Source: Candidatus Sulfopaludibacter sp. (lineage in GTDB: Bacteria > Verrucomicrobiota > Verrucomicrobiia > Limisphaerales > UBA11358). Taken from it: a stretch of 64,000 nucleotides of DNA. The position numbers were made by a program, and so were the translations under genes. Under the pieces are notes generated by a model. The model was not told where the DNA came from. It was given only the letters and a program-made list of their open reading frames with translations, and did not search any database. Location of the stretch: contig DATJNM010000019.1 in assembly GCA_035508155.1 (NCBI GenBank), positions 10,488-74,487 of the forward strand. The letters are read 5' to 3'. Numbering within the stretch: the stretch's first letter is position 1; the number at the start of each line of letters is the position of its first letter. Of this stretch, positions 59,963 through 64,000 are shown piece after piece.

Positions 59963-60304
59963 TTGTTTCTGGCCGAATTGGACCGGTGGGCTCGTGCCCG
60001 AGTGGACTTTGCTTTTGAGAGCACCTTGAGCGGGCTCGTTTATCTCAATCGCCTCAAACGCTGGAAGTCTTCCGGTTATCACATCGAAATCAGTTACCTG
60101 CGTCTGTCGTCGCCCCAACTCGGGATCCGTCGCATTGCCGCCCGCGTCAAGCAGGGCGGGCACCACGTGCCTCGCGCTGACGTGCTCCGCCGGTTCAATC
60201 GCGGCTGGCTGAATTTTCAGCGGTATTATTGCTCACTTGCGGACGCGTGGGCGGTGTACGATAATTCGGGCAAGCAACCGGTGCTGCTCGAACAGGGTCC
60301 ATGA
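59963..60304 (+). pseudogene. Zeta-toxin/COG4185-type ATPase, 5'-truncated (P-loop region missing)
   Basis: FAFESTLSG...SGYHIEISYLRLSSPQLGIRRIAARVKQGGHHVPRADVLRRFNRGWLNF...LADAWAVYDNSG matches the C-terminal two-thirds of the family. There is no Walker A. The reading frame is open back to 59900 without a start and abuts the OMP gene. Confidence 0.6.
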
Positions 60305-60453
60305 AAACAAAAACGAAACGTCCCTCGCCTTTTGCCGCGGCAGTCGGCCGTGCGCTGGTGCGCTCGGCGCGCGTGGCCCGACAGACTGCCCGCGCCCACG
60401 GCACCCCCATTTACGTGTGGCGCAACGGAAAAGTCGTCGCCGAAAAACCGTGA
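60301..60453 (+). CDS. 50-aa basic protein coupled to the zeta-toxin remnant (possible cognate partner)
   Basis: The ATG at 60301 overlaps the upstream stop (ATGA). The protein is MKTKTKRPSPFAAAVGRALVRSARVARQTARAHGTPIYVWRNGKVVAEKP. It is too short for the ORF track. Confidence 0.45.
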   Translation: MKTKTKRPSPFAAAVGRALVRSARVARQTARAHGTPIYVWRNGKVVAEKP

Positions 60454-60506
60454 TAATCGGTCCGACGTGACAGGCGGCAGGTGACATGATCAAGACTGCG
60501 TGGCGA

Positions 60507-60587
60507 AGCTTTACACGGCCATCTCCCAACTCCGAGCTCCCATTTTCGCTCCACGAAAATCCTGTAGCCGACATTCTACTGACGACC
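60507..60587 (+). repeat. Heptad-core repeat element H1
   Basis: agctttacacggcc + catctcc caactcc gagctcc cattttc gctccac + gaaaatcctgtagccgacattctactgacgacc. It is homologous at both ends to 63724-63860. Confidence 0.75.
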
Positions 60588-60607
60588 ATGAGACCCGCCG
60601 CCTGCCT

Positions 60608-63586
60608 TCAAGGTGTGGCGGAACGATATAATCTAACCGGGTAAAGGCCGGCGTTTGAGTCGGTGAACTGCCACGCACCACTGGCCGGAGCAAGGTTGGT
60701 GGCGATGGGTCGCCAGACGGCCGGCGGCGTGAGGTTGGTAACGGCCAACACCCGGTTGGTGGTGTTGGGCGTGGTCAGGAGATTAAATGTAAAACTGCCG
60801 TCCGGATTGCGGTGCGGTTTGGAAATCATGTCCCGGACGTTGGCCTGGGCAACATAGGCCGAAGCATTGGTGCCGGCCGCGGTAAGGACCCCTCCCGCGT
60901 AAAGCCGACCAGCCTGATCGGCGGCCAGCGAGAGCACCGTCCCATTCACTCCGGAGCCCAAGGCCGACCAGGCGGTTCCATCCCATTTGGCGATATAATT
61001 AACCAGGGCACCACCCGCCATGGTGAACGCGCCGCCCGCGTAGAGATTACCCGCCGGATCCAGGGCCAGCGAATAGACGTAATCATTCATTCCGGAACCC
61101 ATGGCGGTCCATGAGGTTCCATCCCATTCGGCGATGTTGGTGGCAGCGGTGGCGCCGGCCATGGTGAAGTTGCCACCGGTATAGAGGCGATTCGAGGCGT
61201 CCACCGCCAACGTGAAGACATAAGGGGAACTGCCTCCCATTCCCGGGCCAAGCGCAGACCACGTAGTTCCATTCCACTCAGCGATGTTGCTTGCCGTCAC
61301 TCCACCAGCCGTGGTGAAGGAGCCACCGGCATAAAGATTGCCGGCGTGATCAAAGGCCAGGGTCTGAACGAGCCCGCCGTTGCCGCTGACTCCCGTGCTC
61401 AGGGCCGACCACGTGCTCCCGTTCCATTCCGCAATGCTATTGACGGTGACACCGCCCGCTGTGGCAAAGTAGCCTCCGGCATATAGATTTCCCGCATGGT
61501 CTGTGACCAGCCCATAGACCTGGCCGTCAATTCCTGGGCCAAGGGCCGACCACGTGCTCCCGTTCCATTCGGCAATGTTGTTGGCCATGATGCTCCCGGC
61601 ATTGGTGAACGTGCCGCCCGCATAAAGATTCCCGGCGCCATCGGTCGTCAACGTTTCAACCGTGCCGCTGGCGGGACCGATTCCCGTGCCCAAAGCCGAC
61701 CATGAACTTCCATTCCATTCGACGATATTGTTGGCCGGAGTACTGCCTACCCCGGTAAAATCCCCTCCGACGTAGAGGTTGCCTCCCGCATCCACGGTTA
61801 CCGTGTACACCAGTGTTACGTAGATGGAAGTGGAGTTGATACCCGAGCCAAAGGTTGACCAGGTGCTGCCGTTCCATCGGGCGAGGTCATGGGCCGGAAG
61901 GCCGCCCGCGGTGTTGAATGCCCCGCCGGCGTAAACATTGCCACCCCCATCCAGGGCGATGGAATAAACATAGCCGGCGGCATTAGTATTGATGCCCGGG
62001 CCCAATCCGGACCAGGTGCTCCCGTTCCAAACCGCGATGTGGTAGGCGGACCCGCCACCGGCCGTAGTGAAGAAGCCGCCGGCGTAAAGTTTCCCCGTGC
62101 CGTCCCAGGCCAGTCCCAGAACCGTGCTGTTTACCCCCGTGCCCAGGGGTGACCAGGTGCTTCCATTCCAGACCGCCACTCGGGCGGCCGGGCTGCCGTT
62201 GGCCATGGTGAAACTGCCTCCGGCATAAACGTTGCCGGAGGTATCTGTCACAAGCTCAGAAACCGTAGAGTTCATTCCCAACCCGAGCGCCGACCAACTG
62301 CTTCCGTTCCATTCGGCGATGTTGGTGGCAGCAATGCCGCCGGCCTTGGTGAAAGTTCCGCCCACATAAAGATTGCCTGTTCCATCCAGGGCCATGGCCA
62401 AAATCGTGCCGTTAATACCCGCACCCATGGCGGACCAGGAACTCCCGTTCCAGCGCACAACGTTGGTCGCATTCACGCTCTTGTTGGTGAAAACACCTCC
62501 GGCATACACATTGCCCGAACTGTCCGCCGCCACCGCAAGCACTTGACCGTTGATTCCCGGTCCCAGCACGGACCAACTCGTTCCGTTCCATTTGGCAATG
62601 TTGGTGATGGCCAGGACGGCATTCGTGAACAGGCCGCCGGCATAGAGATTGCCCAAGCCATCGAGCGCCAGACCTCTCACGGTGCCTCCCAATCCCGATC
62701 CCAACGGGACCCACGTGCTTCCGTTCCATTCCGCAATCCCGGCGGCCGCCGCCGTGCCGACGGCTCTGAATTCACCGCCGATATACACCGTTCCCGCATT
62801 CTTGTCTTCAACCATGGTATAAACGATCCCGTCGGCTCCCGGATACGAACCCAGGCTGACCCAATTGGCATCGCTGAACGTTGGGTCAATGCGCACCGGA
62901 TAGCTGGCGCCCGCATCGTCCACCTGCACGGCCAATCGGCTGGCGGAAACCACCTCCAGCTTCGCGGCCAGTTCCTTGCCGGTCGCGTCCACCGCTCGCA
63001 GGCGGCTGTAAGCCAATACACGGTGTGACTCTTCCAGGACGATCGTCGCACCGTAATCAGCCAGCTCCGCGCGCGCGCCGGATAACTCCAAATCCAGACG
63101 CAAATCACCTTGGCCCGGTGGACGGTGCCCAATGACGTAATCCTGCCGCAGGCCGTCCGTGCTTACCGAATATTCCTCCGTCAGCCCGGGTCGTTCCCAA
63201 CGCACCACGGAATCCATCACCTGTACCTGCCCCGTGGAGCACAGTGACATTTCATTCCGCTCACCGGACCTTCCCAAATTGGTGGCGGCCAGACGAAAAC
63301 GTTCGCCGTGCGAGTTGGCGGTGGTGGAGGCAAGCCAGAGCCCCCCGGCGGTGGCATGGCCGTCCATCCTTTGAAAGGCGCAATGCAACCGCGCGCCGTC
63401 AGCGGTGGCCGAAATACTCAGGGCATCACCATGAGATTGTGCGCCGGCAGCCTTGCCGATGGCATCCCACGGAATGGACGGGTGGGCGGGGACAGCGTCA
63501 GTTGAAGAACTTCCCAGCACGATTGCGGAAAGGACTGCGTTGGGGAATAACAGCATCGCGAGAGTGCAAACCATCTCAGTTCTCAT
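60608..63586 (-). CDS. Secreted protein with a roughly 240-aa N-terminal module, about 14 tandem ~48-aa WNG[ST]xW propeller-type repeats and a C-terminal beta-sandwich
   Basis: Signal peptide MRTEMVCTLAMLLFPNAVLSA. There are 13 clear repeats of the form IAEWNGS(T)WSALG.G.....V.AL..D..GNLYAGG.FT.AGG plus one degenerate first unit (DANWVSLG). Confidence 0.8.
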   Translation of the reverse strand: MRTEMVCTLAMLLFPNAVLSAIVLGSSSTDAVPAHPSIPWDAIGKAAGAQSHGDALSISATADGARLHCAFQRMDGHATAGGLWLASTTANSHGERFRLAATNLGRSGERNEMSLCSTGQVQVMDSVVRWERPGLTEEYSVSTDGLRQDYVIGHRPPGQGDLRLDLELSGARAELADYGATIVLEESHRVLAYSRLRAVDATGKELAAKLEVVSASRLAVQVDDAGASYPVRIDPTFSDANWVSLGSYPGADGIVYTMVEDKNAGTVYIGGEFRAVGTAAAAGIAEWNGSTWVPLGSGLGGTVRGLALDGLGNLYAGGLFTNAVLAITNIAKWNGTSWSVLGPGINGQVLAVAADSSGNVYAGGVFTNKSVNATNVVRWNGSSWSAMGAGINGTILAMALDGTGNLYVGGTFTKAGGIAATNIAEWNGSSWSALGLGMNSTVSELVTDTSGNVYAGGSFTMANGSPAARVAVWNGSTWSPLGTGVNSTVLGLAWDGTGKLYAGGFFTTAGGGSAYHIAVWNGSTWSGLGPGINTNAAGYVYSIALDGGGNVYAGGAFNTAGGLPAHDLARWNGSTWSTFGSGINSTSIYVTLVYTVTVDAGGNLYVGGDFTGVGSTPANNIVEWNGSSWSALGTGIGPASGTVETLTTDGAGNLYAGGTFTNAGSIMANNIAEWNGSTWSALGPGIDGQVYGLVTDHAGNLYAGGYFATAGGVTVNSIAEWNGSTWSALSTGVSGNGGLVQTLAFDHAGNLYAGGSFTTAGGVTASNIAEWNGTTWSALGPGMGGSSPYVFTLAVDASNRLYTGGNFTMAGATAATNIAEWDGTSWTAMGSGMNDYVYSLALDPAGNLYAGGAFTMAGGALVNYIAKWDGTAWSALGSGVNGTVLSLAADQAGRLYAGGVLTAAGTNASAYVAQANVRDMISKPHRNPDGSFTFNLLTTPNTTNRVLAVTNLTPPAVWRPIATNLAPASGAWQFTDSNAGLYPVRLYRSATP

Positions 63587-63723
63587 ACGGGTATATTGAG
63601 CTTTCAGCCGGTTGGTTGAATCACATGATATTCAAAACCGGTTTCCACGTCAATCAGATCTTAACGGAGAAGGCTGGCATTCGTTTCCCTCCGACTTATT
63701 CTCCTCAAACCGTCGCAGAACGC

Positions 63724-63860
63724 AGCTTTACCCAGCCCTGTCTTCAATCTCCCATCTCGCATCTCCGAACTCTGTCCTCCGACCTCTGATTTCCGCCATC
63801 TTCAATCTTCGATCTTCCATCTTCGCTCCGCAAAAATGTAGCCGATAGTCCCCCGACGCC
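63724..63860 (+). repeat. Heptad-core repeat element H2 (expanded, 13 heptads)
   Basis: The left end is agctttacccagcc. The core 63741-63831 holds 13 consecutive 7-nt units (tcttcaa tctccca tctcgca tctccga actctgt cctccga cctctga tttccgc catcttc aatcttc gatcttc catcttc gctccgc). The right end is aaaaatgtagccgatagtcccccgacgcc. Confidence 0.8.
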
Positions 63861-63898
63861 GGGCTTGCCAGCCGATTGGATTTTATTAACCTGCCGTT

Positions 63899-64000
63899 AT
63901 GCCCGAATTGAGCCGTTTCTACGGAATCATCGTTCGCATGTTTTATGGTGACCATCCACCGCCGCACTTTCACGCGGTTTATCAGGGCGAAGAAATCAAG
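63899..64000 (+). CDS. DUF4160-family small protein, N-terminal part (runs off the window)
   Basis: MPELSRFYGIIVRMFYGDHPPPHFHAVYQGEEIK. SRFYGI.I.M...DH.PPHFH is the DUF4160 signature. Confidence 0.75.
   Translation, partial: MPELSRFYGIIVRMFYGDHPPPHFHAVYQGEEIK

Overview
High-GC (about 60%), densely coding bacterial chromosome segment. The protein repertoire and dispersed repeat words suggest a Verrucomicrobia-like or Planctomycetes-like organism, but that is inference only. Most of the window is housekeeping: hisA (partial), thiG, rfaE-type heptose kinase, panB, pilT, pckG, alaS, rarA, MTHFS, aroE, pilD, acs, plus a sulfate-assimilation operon (cysI-cysH-cysD-cysN). It also holds three PAS sensor kinases, a P1B-type metal ATPase, a DUF748 giant protein and a 992-aa, 14-repeat secreted propeller protein. 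I found no rRNA, tRNA, CRISPR array, transposase or integrase. Four things stand out. (1) Two four-helix-bundle ORFs (23S-rRNA-IVS-protein/Avd family) sit inside the sulfate operon, between eboC and cysI and between cysD and cysN. Each is bracketed from start codon to stop codon by mutually complementary arms with 7-nt periodicity. This is an IVS-like cassette architecture in mRNA rather than rRNA. Related solo heptad or decamer tracts lie next to other start codons and flank the propeller gene. (2) An acetate/acetylation island contains a GNAT, an ADP-forming acetyl-CoA synthetase, a CoA-transferase::Pat-type-GNAT fusion, an AcuC-like deacetylase and Acs. It is interrupted by a 1.2-kb repeat-rich noncoding block. 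(3) A roughly 70-nt nested-hairpin REP-like element is present in three copies. (4) An orphan eboE-eboC pair sits directly upstream of the sulfate genes. Many long ORFs in the track are antisense shadows typical of GC-rich DNA and were rejected. All calls come from reading the sequence and recalling family motifs. No searches were run.
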